Of a stretch of DNA of 64,000 bases, positions 18,709-28,575 are shown in pieces (the first letter of the stretch is position 1; the number at the start of each line of letters is the position of its first letter). The translations under genes were made by a program, and so were the position numbers. The DNA is from an uncultured virus (IMG/VR IMGVR_UViG_3300042561_001850) (taxonomy: Duplodnaviria; Heunggongvirae; Uroviricota; Caudoviricetes). The stretch lies in the IMG/VR virus record IMGVR_UViG_3300042561_001850; one strand, 5' to 3'. A model generated the notes under the pieces. The model made no database searches. It had not been told where the DNA came from and saw nothing but the letters and a program-made list of their open reading frames with translations.

Positions 18709-19436
18709 ATTGCTTCCAGCTTGAGCTCGTCCGGGGGGACGATTGCAAGCACGTTGAAGGGCAGAGCTGCTGCCTCGTCTTCCCTGAGGTAACGGGTCCA
18801 AGTCTTCATCAAACCGTGGCCTTGCCACTGGAAGCCGGCCTCCTTGGCCAGGTGTCGATCGTCGTATGAGACCAGGGCTGCATAAAGCAGCTGGGGCTTC
18901 TGCGCTTCGAGCAGCAGCTCAGGCAGGTCCTCGCGGGAGGCGAGCACCTGGGCCAGATAGGTGCAATCGGTGAGCGCCCGGTGGGCGGCCCACACCGGCA
19001 CCCCATGGGCCAGGGCCAGATCAATCACCGATGGCGTGGCGCGCAACCCGGGCCGGTGCCACCTGAAATCCCGCAAGGTGCAGATCCAAGGCGTCGGCGG
19101 CTTGCAGTTAAGCAAGGGCTCCAGCCAAAGGCGATCAAAGTCGACGTTGTGCGCAACCACCGCGTCGGCCATGTCGTAGAGGCTTTGCAGATAGGAGATT
19201 GCCCAATCAGATAACTGCTTAACCGGGCCCGAAGCCAGCAGGGCATCGGGGATTCCGTTGACGGCTTCGGCGCCGTTGGGCACCACGCTCGGCAGCAGGG
19301 CCGAGAATTGGTGCGTGACGGCCCGGTGCTTCACATCAAAAAGAATGGCCCCAATCTCAATCGGAGCGTTTTCGTCGAAGTCAATGCCCGTCGTCTCGAC
19401 GTCGACGATTAAGAGATTGCGGAGAGGGAGTGTCAT
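18705..19436 (-). CDS. DEDDh 3'-5' exonuclease (DnaQ/epsilon-like)
   Basis: IVDVETTG, VAHNVDFD, AHRALTD. Confidence 0.88.
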   Translation of the reverse strand: MTLPLRNLLIVDVETTGIDFDENAPIEIGAILFDVKHRAVTHQFSALLPSVVPNGAEAVNGIPDALLASGPVKQLSDWAISYLQSLYDMADAVVAHNVDFDRLWLEPLLNCKPPTPWICTLRDFRWHRPGLRATPSVIDLALAHGVPVWAAHRALTDCTYLAQVLASREDLPELLLEAQKPQLLYAALVSYDDRHLAKEAGFQWQGHGLMKTWTRYLREDEAAALPFNVLAIVPPDELKLEAM

Positions 19437-19599
19437 GGTTTGGATTCTTTGGGTGGGGCTGGCAAGAAGTTGCGGTAATCGGGGTAAAACACGCCAGTTC
19501 CACCATCTGGCCCTTCAGTGGCCCATTTCCGCAACGCATAAGCCTCTAATTCGGTTTCTGGCGTAACTGTTAATTTGCCAGCGCTATCAATTGTGGCTT

Positions 19600-20001
19600 T
19601 CATGGTGTTACCCCCGGCACATCAAAAAAGCCGAGCTGCCCCTTGTACGGGACAAAGTCTTCGGCGGAGAACGCCTTGTTGTCGCAAAGGCGAAAGGCGA
19701 AAGGCCCTTGAAACCAGGGCGAATCAGACGAGCACACGCAATCAAAAAGATTGGCGCTGCCAATGATGCCGCCGCGAGGAAGGTTGTCAGCCTCGAATAA
19801 ATACTCAAACAAAGAAATACCGGGGTCAATACGATAGGCAAATTCCATAGCTTCTTGATGTTCCTTTTTTGACATGCCCTTAGCTGCATGAATCAAGATC
19901 GGGCCTCTTACATTTGTGCTCCAGTTGCGGTTTTCTTCAGGCTTAAAGTTGTGAATGATCAAGCTGGCCCATGGCTGGCGAATGCTTAGGGCAAGGGTCA
20001 T
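19600..20001 (-). CDS. ASCH domain protein
   Basis: ALSIRQPWASLII..KPEENRNW..RGPILIHA..GGIIG..KGQLGFF. Confidence 0.85.
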   Translation of the reverse strand: MTLALSIRQPWASLIIHNFKPEENRNWSTNVRGPILIHAAKGMSKKEHQEAMEFAYRIDPGISLFEYLFEADNLPRGGIIGSANLFDCVCSSDSPWFQGPFAFRLCDNKAFSAEDFVPYKGQLGFFDVPGVTP

Positions 20002-20447
20002 GATTGCATCCATGGAGGGGAAGCGAGCGGGTTGCGCAGCTCTTCCATCCATTTGGCTTCCAGCTGGGCCCGAACAACCCCATCAGGTAGGGGTGTCATA
20101 ACCACCCGGAAAACGCAGGCATACGGTTGCTCCCTGCACGGCTTAATCTCCAGCTGGTGCCCACAGCGCCACAGCAGGGCCCGCAGAGTGTCGATTGCCG
20201 TTTCTCCGGGACTGACCCCCAGGGCCCGGGGAAGGGCGCCGTGCTGAGCAACGGCAAGGGCCTGCAACTTCAGCAGCTCGGGATTGGTGGCAGTGAACCA
20301 GCCGGCCCGCTTCAGCCAGGCCGGCAGGCCCAGGGCTTCGGCGGCTGCAATTAACGGGCCCAGCAGCTCCAGCTGGGCGGGGTTGGTAGCCCCGAACCCC
20401 TGGGGGCGGGGGCGGCTCCTACTGCGGTTGAATCTCATGGGATGCAA
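19998..20447 (-). CDS. Hypothetical protein
   Basis: 149-aa ORF heading the leftward operon. Confidence 0.5.
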   Translation of the reverse strand: MHPMRFNRSRSRPRPQGFGATNPAQLELLGPLIAAAEALGLPAWLKRAGWFTATNPELLKLQALAVAQHGALPRALGVSPGETAIDTLRALLWRCGHQLEIKPCREQPYACVFRVVMTPLPDGVVRAQLEAKWMEELRNPLASPPWMQS

Positions 20448-20490
20448 TCGGAAGGGCGATGGCGATAGGTGGGCTTGCAGATCTTACTAC

Positions 20491-20510
20491 CCATACAAGA
20501 TCCTGTATAC
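20491..20510. promoter_or_regulatory. Putative operator copy 3 (CCATACAAGATCCTGTATAC)
   Basis: Near-palindrome ATACAAGATCCTGTAT between divergent genes. Confidence 0.55.
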
Positions 20511-20561
20511 TGCCATCGTGGGCCCGCCGACGTTCTTCATCCGGCAGGGCCCACCAAAATC

Positions 20562-21062
20562 ATGACAACGCTGGCTGGCATCACGAGAGCTGATTGGGGC
20601 GAAAGCCTCAAGCTGTCCTACAAAGAGGGTCACCTCAGCTGGGTTATCGCTGCAACGGCTGCCTTTTATGTGGCCGGAATGGCCACCAGGGCCCTAATGA
20701 GGCGCCTTCGGGCTGAGCCACTGTTCTGGCTGTTGCGTCCGAAGGCGCCCAGCCTGGTCCTTGGCATTGACCCGGGCACAGAAGACGGTTCTGTTGATAC
20801 CCGATATGTGATTCTCTCGACGCCCGGACCCATCAGCTTCCCAGCTGCAGATTTTCTGGCGGCCGGTGGGATGGAGGCGGCGGAGATTCAACAAGTGCTG
20901 GGTGAACCAAGGCAACCACAGCCCTACCAAGTAGCAGCCATTGAGTCCATTAAAAGCGGTGGAATCAGCTACAAGCCCAAGCCCACTTATGCTCCATCCG
21001 ATCCTTCATCCGATCGCTCGGGCCCGCGCCAGCGCCGGCCCCGGGGCTTCAAAGCATCGTGA
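20562..21062 (+). CDS. Hypothetical protein with one hydrophobic segment
   Basis: ATG at 20562; LSWVIAATAAFYVAGMAT. Confidence 0.5.
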   Translation: MTTLAGITRADWGESLKLSYKEGHLSWVIAATAAFYVAGMATRALMRRLRAEPLFWLLRPKAPSLVLGIDPGTEDGSVDTRYVILSTPGPISFPAADFLAAGGMEAAEIQQVLGEPRQPQPYQVAAIESIKSGGISYKPKPTYAPSDPSSDRSGPRQRRPRGFKAS

Positions 21063-22539
21063 TCCAGCTGCTGTCCATCGGCCGCGCCGCCGCCCCAGCT
21101 TGGCCCGCCATGGCCAGGGCCATCACCGCATCGTCCTTGTGGCCTGGGGCGGCGGCGCGCCCGCCTTTTTCGTCCTGGCGGAAATTCCGCAGCTGATGGC
21201 CGAGGCCCTCGCGCTCTTCACCGTCCGGGAATGGGCCCTTGGGGATGACCAGCTCCTCCTGCTCCAACAACAGCACGATCCGATCGGTCATCAATAATTT
21301 TGAGGGCCCGCCAGTATGGATTTCGGTGATTTCGATTGATGGGCGCAGCAAGCAAAGAGCTTCAGCAACCGCTGCGCCAACACCATTGTTTTCAACCGCT
21401 ACCAGCACCGGCGCATATTCGTCAATGAGCCGTGCGCAACGCCGCAGGCCGTAGTCCCGGCTTTGGCCGCTCACGTTGAAACCGGCCACCACCCGCCACG
21501 GGCTGCGGGTGACATCGAGGACGATGCCGCAGAAGCCGTCACCGCCGCCGCCGTTGGGATCAATTCCCAGCACGTAGACGTTCTGCCGATAGGGCGATTC
21601 CCAGCCACCGCGAGACTCGGCCAGCTCGATCAGATCGTGGGAATAAACCTCAGAGTCGCTGGCGGTGAAATCGAGCTCAAATTCGCTTTGCCACTGGGCC
21701 TTGGTGATCTGCAGCGCGCGTCTATGTTTTTCGGGCCACTCTGGATCCTGGTTATAGACCGGATGCTGGGAGTAATGAATGCAAATCTTGGCGTACTGGT
21801 TGTCCGGGCTGATTCGCAGCCGCGGGATGCCATTGGCCCCCATTGGCGTGGGATCGACAACCACTTCGCCGTGGTCTTCGTGCCAGTGATCAGAAAACGC
21901 CCCTGATCGGCCCTTGGGGGTAGTAACCCACACGTGCCGCGCCGCGTCACCCAGCATGGAAGTGGTCGGAAGGGCGCCCTGCTCAATCCCTTTGAGCTTC
22001 TCGATGAAGGCCGCTTCATCGAACAGCAACATCGACGCCGAGGGGATGCCCCGGGCAGCACGTTCGGTGGGCGGCAGAAAATGCAGGCTGCCGAAGCCGT
22101 TGAAAACCAGCTTCCGCATTGAATCCTTTGCAAACTTGGGGCAGCGTTCCCGCAGGCTGCTGGCCTGGCCCTTGATTCGGGCTGCCAGCTCGCTGGCGTC
22201 TTCGCCGGTTTTCGAAAAAACGACACCTGTCCATGCCCTTTTTCGAATGGATTGACAGAGCTTGTACGAAATGATCGTTTCAGATGCGCCTACCTGACGG
22301 CTTTTAAGCACATAAACATTCTTTACCCTGCGAATCACTTTGATTAGATCACGCTGATACAAGTAAGGCCTGAATGGCATGTACTTGCCACTTGAAGCGA
22401 TTAACGTCTGCTCAGCGAAATCTGGCCAGGCAGGAGGAAGCGTGTCCCATGGGGCGGCAGCTTTTTCAGACGTGCCCAGAATTGGGATAGGTGAATACCA
22501 ATCAACTATTGAAGGTGGCCTTACAATTATCTGAACCAT
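21049..22539 (-). CDS. terL: Terminase large subunit
   Basis: PYLYQ, Walker A LKSRQVGAS, Walker B LLFDEAAF, VTTPKG, nuclease YVLGIDP...KDDAVMALA. Confidence 0.93.
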   Translation of the reverse strand: MVQIIVRPPSIVDWYSPIPILGTSEKAAAPWDTLPPAWPDFAEQTLIASSGKYMPFRPYLYQRDLIKVIRRVKNVYVLKSRQVGASETIISYKLCQSIRKRAWTGVVFSKTGEDASELAARIKGQASSLRERCPKFAKDSMRKLVFNGFGSLHFLPPTERAARGIPSASMLLFDEAAFIEKLKGIEQGALPTTSMLGDAARHVWVTTPKGRSGAFSDHWHEDHGEVVVDPTPMGANGIPRLRISPDNQYAKICIHYSQHPVYNQDPEWPEKHRRALQITKAQWQSEFELDFTASDSEVYSHDLIELAESRGGWESPYRQNVYVLGIDPNGGGGDGFCGIVLDVTRSPWRVVAGFNVSGQSRDYGLRRCARLIDEYAPVLVAVENNGVGAAVAEALCLLRPSIEITEIHTGGPSKLLMTDRIVLLLEQEELVIPKGPFPDGEEREGLGHQLRNFRQDEKGGRAAAPGHKDDAVMALAMAGQAGAAARPMDSSWITML

Positions 22540-22542
22540 GCC

Positions 22543-22980
22543 TTACTCAAAATCCTCGCGAGGATCATGGGTCGCAGCTTCTCTGGTTGCCTGGTTAGCC
22601 ACAATGTCGGCGTCAGGCGCCTTTTCCAAGAAATAGCGAGCCATCGAGTCGCACGCCATGATCATGGCGCCAGGATTTTTAAGTGATCTCGCTAACTTGT
22701 ACGCATTTTCGTAGCGATGGAAGATAATCAGTGCTATTTTCTGCTGATCGGTTTCCGTCAGCGAATCGACCATCCCGCCAAGCGCTTCTTTGATGTAAAG
22801 GCGAGCATTTGGCAGGCTTAGCCCCCATTTCTGGATGCAATGGCTCTCCAGGTCAAGAGCGGAATAGCCGTTAATGCAAAGGGTTTGTAATTCCCGCACA
22901 CGAAATAGTTTCTCTAATCGCGTTGCTTTTTTCCTGGGCTTTTTGGCTCCGGCAGGTTTTTTTTCTGCTGCTCCTGCCAC
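22543..22980 (-). CDS. Probable terminase small subunit
   Basis: Directly upstream of terL; helical HTH-like 145-aa protein. Confidence 0.6.
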   Translation of the reverse strand: MAGAAEKKPAGAKKPRKKATRLEKLFRVRELQTLCINGYSALDLESHCIQKWGLSLPNARLYIKEALGGMVDSLTETDQQKIALIIFHRYENAYKLARSLKNPGAMIMACDSMARYFLEKAPDADIVANQATREAATHDPREDFE

Positions 22981-23110
22981 TCGTCAAGCAGACATGTTCG
23001 TCATGTTACCCATTTGATAGCAAATCAACTGGAACAGTGAACGCTGCCAATGGCTTGGCCCCTGCTCCTTCCACTCATAATGCGAATAACAATGATGGGC
23101 AAAGCGGCCA

Positions 23111-24535
23111 ATGCAACGGGTCTTTGATGCAATTGAGGCCCGCCTGGCCCGCATCGATGCCCGCCTAGGTGCCCGCAAGGCACGAGCGCCTGGCCAGCTG
23201 GATCTGTTCGGCGGTGGCGCCCAAACTGACCTGACGATGCCTGGCCAGACTTCCACCAGCGGCCGGAACAGCCAGAAGCCACCGGCAGTGGGCCGTGCGG
23301 CCCGCGGCGCAACCGCACGAAATGGCAAGCCCTGCGGGGATGGTCACATCAGCGCAAGCCTCACCTGCCACAAATCAGGCAGTGCAGCGACACCAAACGC
23401 CCAAGCACCACCCAAGGGGCCAGCCTCCGCTCCAGCCACGCCAACAGCAAGTGAGGCGGCCCAGGGCAACACCAGCGCCGAGGCCTCTCCAGGCAGCGCA
23501 ACTGCCACCAGCTACGCCAGCCCAGCAGACCTCAGCTACGAGCTTGCCCTGAATGCCCACCGAGGCACGTCGTTTGACCCGGAAAAACGAGCCCGATCAC
23601 ACCAGGAGAACTACGCCGCACACCTCAACAGCCTCTACGCACGACTGCAGGACTTAGCTGAGTCACCGGAGCAAAAAGCCATTTTGGACGCCGAAATGCA
23701 GGCATACAAGGCTGGCTACACCAAGCGCTATACCGCCTGGCTAAGCGCAAAAAGCCGGCTTGTGAGCCCGATGATCGCCGGGCCCAGCAATTTCCCGGTG
23801 CGGCGCATGGAGAAGGCAAATCGGGCCGAAGATGTGAGGCGGCGCGAGCTGGAGGATTTCACCACCAGGGCCCAAAGCAGCATCTACCGAAAACTGCAGC
23901 GTGGCCGCACTCCAGAAGCCGCCCACGCCCAGGAGCTGGCCACGGTCACCCGCAGCATTGATCGAAGCATCACCTGGACAAGGGAAGCGGAATCGGGGCG
24001 CACGTTTTACGACCGGTCGTCAGCGGCGGCCTCGATTTCGGGCAAAATCAGCCGTTTGGCCAAAAATGGCCAGGTGGAGTTGGTGCGTGACCTTCTCGAC
24101 CACCTAAGGGATCAACAGGACACATTGCGCAAGCCGCTGTTTACCCCCAGGCATTCGGTTTGGAACCTGGAGGAGACGGCCCGGCAACAACGGCTGGCAA
24201 CAACCGCCAAAGCCGCCTCAGCAAAAGCCGGTGCAGCAGCAGCGGACTTCCAAAGCGGTGAAATCGAGCGTGACTTCGACAACAACCGGGTTCGGATCAG
24301 GTTTCACAATGGCAAGCCATCAGATGCCATCCGCAGCCAGCTGAAAAGATCTGGCTGGCGCTGGAGCCCCAGCAACAGCGCGTGGCAGCGCATGAACACC
24401 GAAAACAGCGTCTACGCGGCCAAGCGCATCCTCAAAGCTGCTGATGAAGAGCAAAAATCCCGTGGTGACAGCATTGAAGCAATCGAAAACAGACTGGTAC
24501 GGCTGAGTGCAGCTAAATCAAAAGTTGCTTGTTAG
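23111..24535 (+). CDS. Modular effector 2: leader/knuckle plus a mobile-element 'polyvalent protein'-type domain
   Basis: IEARLARIDAR, PGQLDLF, GKPCGDGHISASLTCHK; then HRGTSFDPEKRA..SPMIAGPSNFPVRRMEKAN and NRVRIRF..GKPS..LKRSGWRWSPSNSAWQR. Confidence 0.7.
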   Translation: MQRVFDAIEARLARIDARLGARKARAPGQLDLFGGGAQTDLTMPGQTSTSGRNSQKPPAVGRAARGATARNGKPCGDGHISASLTCHKSGSAATPNAQAPPKGPASAPATPTASEAAQGNTSAEASPGSATATSYASPADLSYELALNAHRGTSFDPEKRARSHQENYAAHLNSLYARLQDLAESPEQKAILDAEMQAYKAGYTKRYTAWLSAKSRLVSPMIAGPSNFPVRRMEKANRAEDVRRRELEDFTTRAQSSIYRKLQRGRTPEAAHAQELATVTRSIDRSITWTREAESGRTFYDRSSAAASISGKISRLAKNGQVELVRDLLDHLRDQQDTLRKPLFTPRHSVWNLEETARQQRLATTAKAASAKAGAAAADFQSGEIERDFDNNRVRIRFHNGKPSDAIRSQLKRSGWRWSPSNSAWQRMNTENSVYAAKRILKAADEEQKSRGDSIEAIENRLVRLSAAKSKVAC

Positions 24536-24576
24536 GATTGGGGCGCAATTGACCAGCTTTAGGCCAAAGCAAAAGG

Positions 24577-24951
24577 ATGTCAGACCGACAAACAGGCAGA
24601 ACCACCGCACAAATGAGTGCCGCCCCACTCGGCGCGGTTTTTGTGTGGCTAAACAGCAACTTGATCTACCCAAAGGCATTAGCAGCAAAGTTGGGGCGTG
24701 ATGACCTGGAGGTGCGCCCATTGTCATGGCTGAATGTACGCAACACAAGGGGACGCAGATTCAACTACTCAGAGGTGGTTGTGGACCATGCTGTCCCGTT
24801 TGACAGCGAGCGCTATGCAGCGCTAAATATCTTGCTCACAAATGGTTGTAAAGTGTATGGAGCCAAAAGAGCCTTTCTGCAGCAAATAAATGAGCAAGCC
24901 CCAAGACAGCTGCCCAGTGAGATACTAGATGAACTTGCCCATCAATACTAA
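24577..24951 (+). CDS. Hypothetical protein (degenerate P-loop-like start)
   Basis: RQTGRTT...VVVDH. Confidence 0.55.
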   Translation: MSDRQTGRTTAQMSAAPLGAVFVWLNSNLIYPKALAAKLGRDDLEVRPLSWLNVRNTRGRRFNYSEVVVDHAVPFDSERYAALNILLTNGCKVYGAKRAFLQQINEQAPRQLPSEILDELAHQY

Positions 24952-25275
24952 ATGAGCACGAATTGGCGCCAGTTTGCGGCCATCGCTTTCGATCCCACGG
25001 TGGCTGCAGTGATCAAAGCGTTGGCCATCGAAGTGCCCCCCGAAGGGCGGCCTGTGGCGTTTTCCGGTGCGGACGCATTCATGGCGGCCCGCACCACAGA
25101 AGGCAAATGGGTGGTGCTTGATCATGGCGGCAGCCGGTTTGTCGATGGCCCTGCCGAGGTGCTCAAGGCGGCCAAGCTGGCCGCCGGCACCCCCCACGGC
25201 GACGCCCTGCGCCAGTGGCTGGGGTGGTGGGGCTGGGTGCCAGCGGCCAAGGCCAAACCTCAATCAGGCGGCTAG
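24952..25275 (+). CDS. Hypothetical protein
   Basis: Abuts the upstream stop. Confidence 0.5.
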   Translation: MSTNWRQFAAIAFDPTVAAVIKALAIEVPPEGRPVAFSGADAFMAARTTEGKWVVLDHGGSRFVDGPAEVLKAAKLAAGTPHGDALRQWLGWWGWVPAAKAKPQSGG

Positions 25276-25281
25276 GACGCC

Positions 25282-25578
25282 ATGGCACCAGTGGATTGGA
25301 GCAAATACCCAGACGACTGGAAAACGATCGCCCTCAATGTGAAGCGGCAATCGGACTGGACCTGCGAAGGCTGCAAAACCCAGTGCCGGCGCCCGGGGGA
25401 GCCCTTTATCACCCACAAACTGACCCTCACGGTCGCTCACATCAACCACATCGAGCACGACTGCCGGCCCGAAAACCTGGTGGCCCTATGCGCACCCTGC
25501 CACCTGCGCTATGACGGTGAGAGGCGCCGGCTGCAAAGGCGAGCGCTGGCACGCATCCAAAACGTAAAGCAAACCTAA
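25282..25578 (+). CDS. HNH endonuclease (packaging-associated type)
   Basis: YPDDW..CEGC..LTVAHINH..ENLVALCAPCHLRYD. Confidence 0.85.
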   Translation: MAPVDWSKYPDDWKTIALNVKRQSDWTCEGCKTQCRRPGEPFITHKLTLTVAHINHIEHDCRPENLVALCAPCHLRYDGERRRLQRRALARIQNVKQT

Positions 25579-26471
25579 AACAATGATTCCTGAATGACTT
25601 GTTCACCATCGTCGATCAAGGCCAGGCGACGCAGCTTGCCCATTGCCTTGTTGACAATGTTGGAAACCCGATCAGCAGTTGTATTAAGCATCCTGGCGAT
25701 TTCCGTTCTAGGTAATTCGTTAAGATACAACAGTTCAATCATTTCGGTTTCTTCGTCTGACAGCAAGGGGAGCATTGCCGCCAGCCTCTCAAGCTGAAGA
25801 GCATTTTCCAGCCGATCCTCTTCAATATCGGCCCGGCTTTTAGGGCATGGCAATATCTCTTCTAGGCAGTGCTTTTCATCTGGCAACAGGACTGAGGTGC
25901 TACCGCATTTTTTGGCGCGAGCACCTATCCGAATGCGATCCAACTGTTCCATCCTTTGCAGTCCAGAAACCTCCAGCAATTCAGCATCAGAGAGAGGTTT
26001 TGAACTTGACGCAACATGTCGCTCTATTTTAAACAAAACCTCCAGCACGTTGGTTGGGATTCGAATCGTATCCGCAGTTTCCGCCAGCGCGCGGTACATG
26101 GCCTGGCGCACCCACCAATAGGCATAAGTGCCCAGGGTGTAACCCATGGTTGGATTAAACATCTCGACCCCCCTCTGCAATCCGATTGCCCCCTCCTGGA
26201 TCAGATCTTCCAGGGGGAGGCCCATCCTGCTGTACTTTTTGGCGACAACGACGCACATCCTCATATTTCCTGCTACCAACCGATCGCGAGCCCGCTTCCC
26301 TGCTCGCTTTATTGAGGCTGGGGCCGCGTCAGGACCGCCAGGCCAATCCAGCCACTTTCGAACCTGCTGGCTCCGAAGCAGCTGCTCGGTTTTGTTAGGG
26401 ATCGGATAGCGCCCAAAATCGGCCAGCATGGCGCCAACCATTGATGCTCGTTCGCCTGATCTGCTGGCCAT
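25575..26471 (-). CDS. Sigma-70 family RNA polymerase sigma factor (cyanobacterial RpoD-like)
   Basis: GKRARDRLVAGNMRMCVVVAKKY, DLIQEGAIGLQRGVEMFNPTMGYTLGTYAYWWVRQAM, TIRIP, region-4 HTH. Confidence 0.9.
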   Translation of the reverse strand: MASRSGERASMVGAMLADFGRYPIPNKTEQLLRSQQVRKWLDWPGGPDAAPASIKRAGKRARDRLVAGNMRMCVVVAKKYSRMGLPLEDLIQEGAIGLQRGVEMFNPTMGYTLGTYAYWWVRQAMYRALAETADTIRIPTNVLEVLFKIERHVASSSKPLSDAELLEVSGLQRMEQLDRIRIGARAKKCGSTSVLLPDEKHCLEEILPCPKSRADIEEDRLENALQLERLAAMLPLLSDEETEMIELLYLNELPRTEIARMLNTTADRVSNIVNKAMGKLRRLALIDDGEQVIQESLF

Positions 26472-26607
26472 GGCCCCGCATCGCCGATGGTCGCCGTAAG
26501 CCTACCGTCCATTGCATCCAGCATTGGCGATGAAGCGCCCTGGCATTCAGGAGAAAGGACGGGCGGCATTAACCTGATCGAGCGCCTTTCGTAAAAGAGC
26601 AGGGATT

Positions 26608-28575
26608 TTGGATACCGACGAAATCGCTTTTGAGGAACGGCTTGACGGGGTATTGGTTAACGCCCTGACCAAAATGGGCACCAATCAGGACAAGGAGCGA
26701 TACACCGGGGTTGCAGCGCCAGAAATTCTGCAACCCGCTGACCTGGACGCTTTATACATAAACAACTGGCTCTGCCGGCGCATTGTCGACATCATCCCGC
26801 AGGAAAGCACCAGGGCGGGCTGGGCCCTGACCCTGGGCACGGAAACCACCGATGCTGAAAAAAAGCGGTTTGATCGGCTGGTTGCGGTTGGCGAACGCAT
26901 GGGGATCCGCACCCATGTCAAGGAAGCCATGCGGCAGTCTCGCCTTCATGGTGGCGCGGCGATCATCATGATTTTGGACGACAACACTCCCATCGATGAG
27001 CCTGTCAACCTCAAGAAGCTACGGGCCATCAAGGGGCTACATGCCATGGATTGCCAACGAGTTTGGCCGGCAGCGGGCTGGAGCGGTGTAGGCGAACCTG
27101 ACCTTTATCAAATCCAAATCAACCGAGATGAAGATTTGCGGAAGATTGGGATGAAAGATCAATTACTGCATGTGCCTATCCATCGCTCCAGGCTGCTGCG
27201 TTTTGAAGGGGACGCTGCTCCGTACAGCTACAAAAGTCACTTTAAGTGGTGGGGCATATCCGTATTGCAGTCCGTTTGGAATGTATTTAAGCGTTATGAA
27301 ACAGGCCAAGCATCAGCCGCCAATATCCTTAACGATTTCAGCCTTTATGTGCAAAAAATCAAGGGTTTAAAAGGCATGGTTGAGCAAGGGAAAGGCGACT
27401 TTGTGGCCAATCGGTTGTCACTGAACGCGCTGATGCGTTCAGTGATCGGCGGGATCGCCCTGGACGCTGATGGCGAGGAGGCCTCGTTTCTGACCCGTTC
27501 GGCCGCCGGGGTCGATTCGATCATCGAGAGGCTCAAGGATGAGGTGCAGGGGGCAAGCCGGATCCCCCATACCAAGCTTTGGGGCAGCTCCCCATCGGGG
27601 TTGGGGGCCACTGGGCAGTCCGAGAAGTCGGATTTTGCGCAGGAAGTTCACATGCTCCAGGAGGACCACCTGGATCGGGCGCTGCGGCAGTACTACGAAA
27701 CCCTGGCCGCCTGCTCAACCAATCGGGCAGCAATGGAATTGCCGGAGGATTGGCAGATTGATTTTCACAGCACCATCACCCTTTCCGACCTGGAAGAGGC
27801 CGAGCTACGGGGCAAGGTGGCCTCGGCCGACAGCCAGTACCTCAACGCAGGTGTGTTGCAGCCCAACGAAGTGGCCTTGGCGCGTTTTGGCGGGGCCAAG
27901 TTCTCGATGGAGACCACCCTGCTGGACCGCGAGAAGAATGGCGCGATCAAACAGGATCCCCAAAACCTGCCACCACCCACCTTTGGTGGTGACCTGGCCA
28001 CTCTGCCCGGCGAGGCCATTGGCCAGGGCCAGGGCCAGCAGCAAGTGCCCCGTGGGGACAGCGGGGACGAACGCGACGACGGTTGCTGCAGCCCCTGCGA
28101 CGCCGCCACCGCCAGGGGGAAGCCCGCCACCTGCAACGACGGCGCCGTCGACGGCCAGCAGCAGGCCGATGACCAGCTGGAGGGCCAGCAAGCGGCGGCC
28201 GCCAAGGCGATCGCCAGGGCAATTGCGCAGGACAAGCGCCGCAAGGGCCGCGGCCGGCGGCCCGGGGTACGGGCGGACGGCAGCCGGGTGACCGGTCGGC
28301 GAGTGGTGGCCGGCGTGCCAGTTGACGTCCGCATCGATGGCAGCGCCACCCTGGTCGGACCCTACGGGCAGGGCCTGGGCCTCGAAGCGGCAGTGGGCTT
28401 TGACTCCACTGGAATATGGGAGGTGCTCAGCCCGGCCGGCCAATGGACAGCCGTGGTGGGGGTGGAAGATCAGGCCATGGTGGTGGCCGCCGCCGGCCCA
28501 GGTGCCCGGGTGCGCCGCCTAGATGGCATCGACTTGCTGGCGATGGGGGTCCGATGCGACAGCTATGAGCCATGA
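26608..28575 (+). CDS. Portal protein (DUF1073 family) with a C-terminal extension of about 200 aa
   Basis: LYINNWLCRRIVDIIPQESTR, SRLHGGA, IHRSRLLRF, WGISVL, IPHTKLWGSSPSGLGATG. Confidence 0.88.
   Translation: MDTDEIAFEERLDGVLVNALTKMGTNQDKERYTGVAAPEILQPADLDALYINNWLCRRIVDIIPQESTRAGWALTLGTETTDAEKKRFDRLVAVGERMGIRTHVKEAMRQSRLHGGAAIIMILDDNTPIDEPVNLKKLRAIKGLHAMDCQRVWPAAGWSGVGEPDLYQIQINRDEDLRKIGMKDQLLHVPIHRSRLLRFEGDAAPYSYKSHFKWWGISVLQSVWNVFKRYETGQASAANILNDFSLYVQKIKGLKGMVEQGKGDFVANRLSLNALMRSVIGGIALDADGEEASFLTRSAAGVDSIIERLKDEVQGASRIPHTKLWGSSPSGLGATGQSEKSDFAQEVHMLQEDHLDRALRQYYETLAACSTNRAAMELPEDWQIDFHSTITLSDLEEAELRGKVASADSQYLNAGVLQPNEVALARFGGAKFSMETTLLDREKNGAIKQDPQNLPPPTFGGDLATLPGEAIGQGQGQQQVPRGDSGDERDDGCCSPCDAATARGKPATCNDGAVDGQQQADDQLEGQQAAAAKAIARAIAQDKRRKGRGRRPGVRADGSRVTGRRVVAGVPVDVRIDGSATLVGPYGQGLGLEAAVGFDSTGIWEVLSPAGQWTAVVGVEDQAMVVAAAGPGARVRRLDGIDLLAMGVRCDSYEP

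Noticed and set aside
26608..28575. Anti-CBASS Acb1 label often attached to DUF1073 proteins
   Set aside because: No pair of HxT/S 2H-phosphoesterase motifs in the extension; position and motifs indicate a portal
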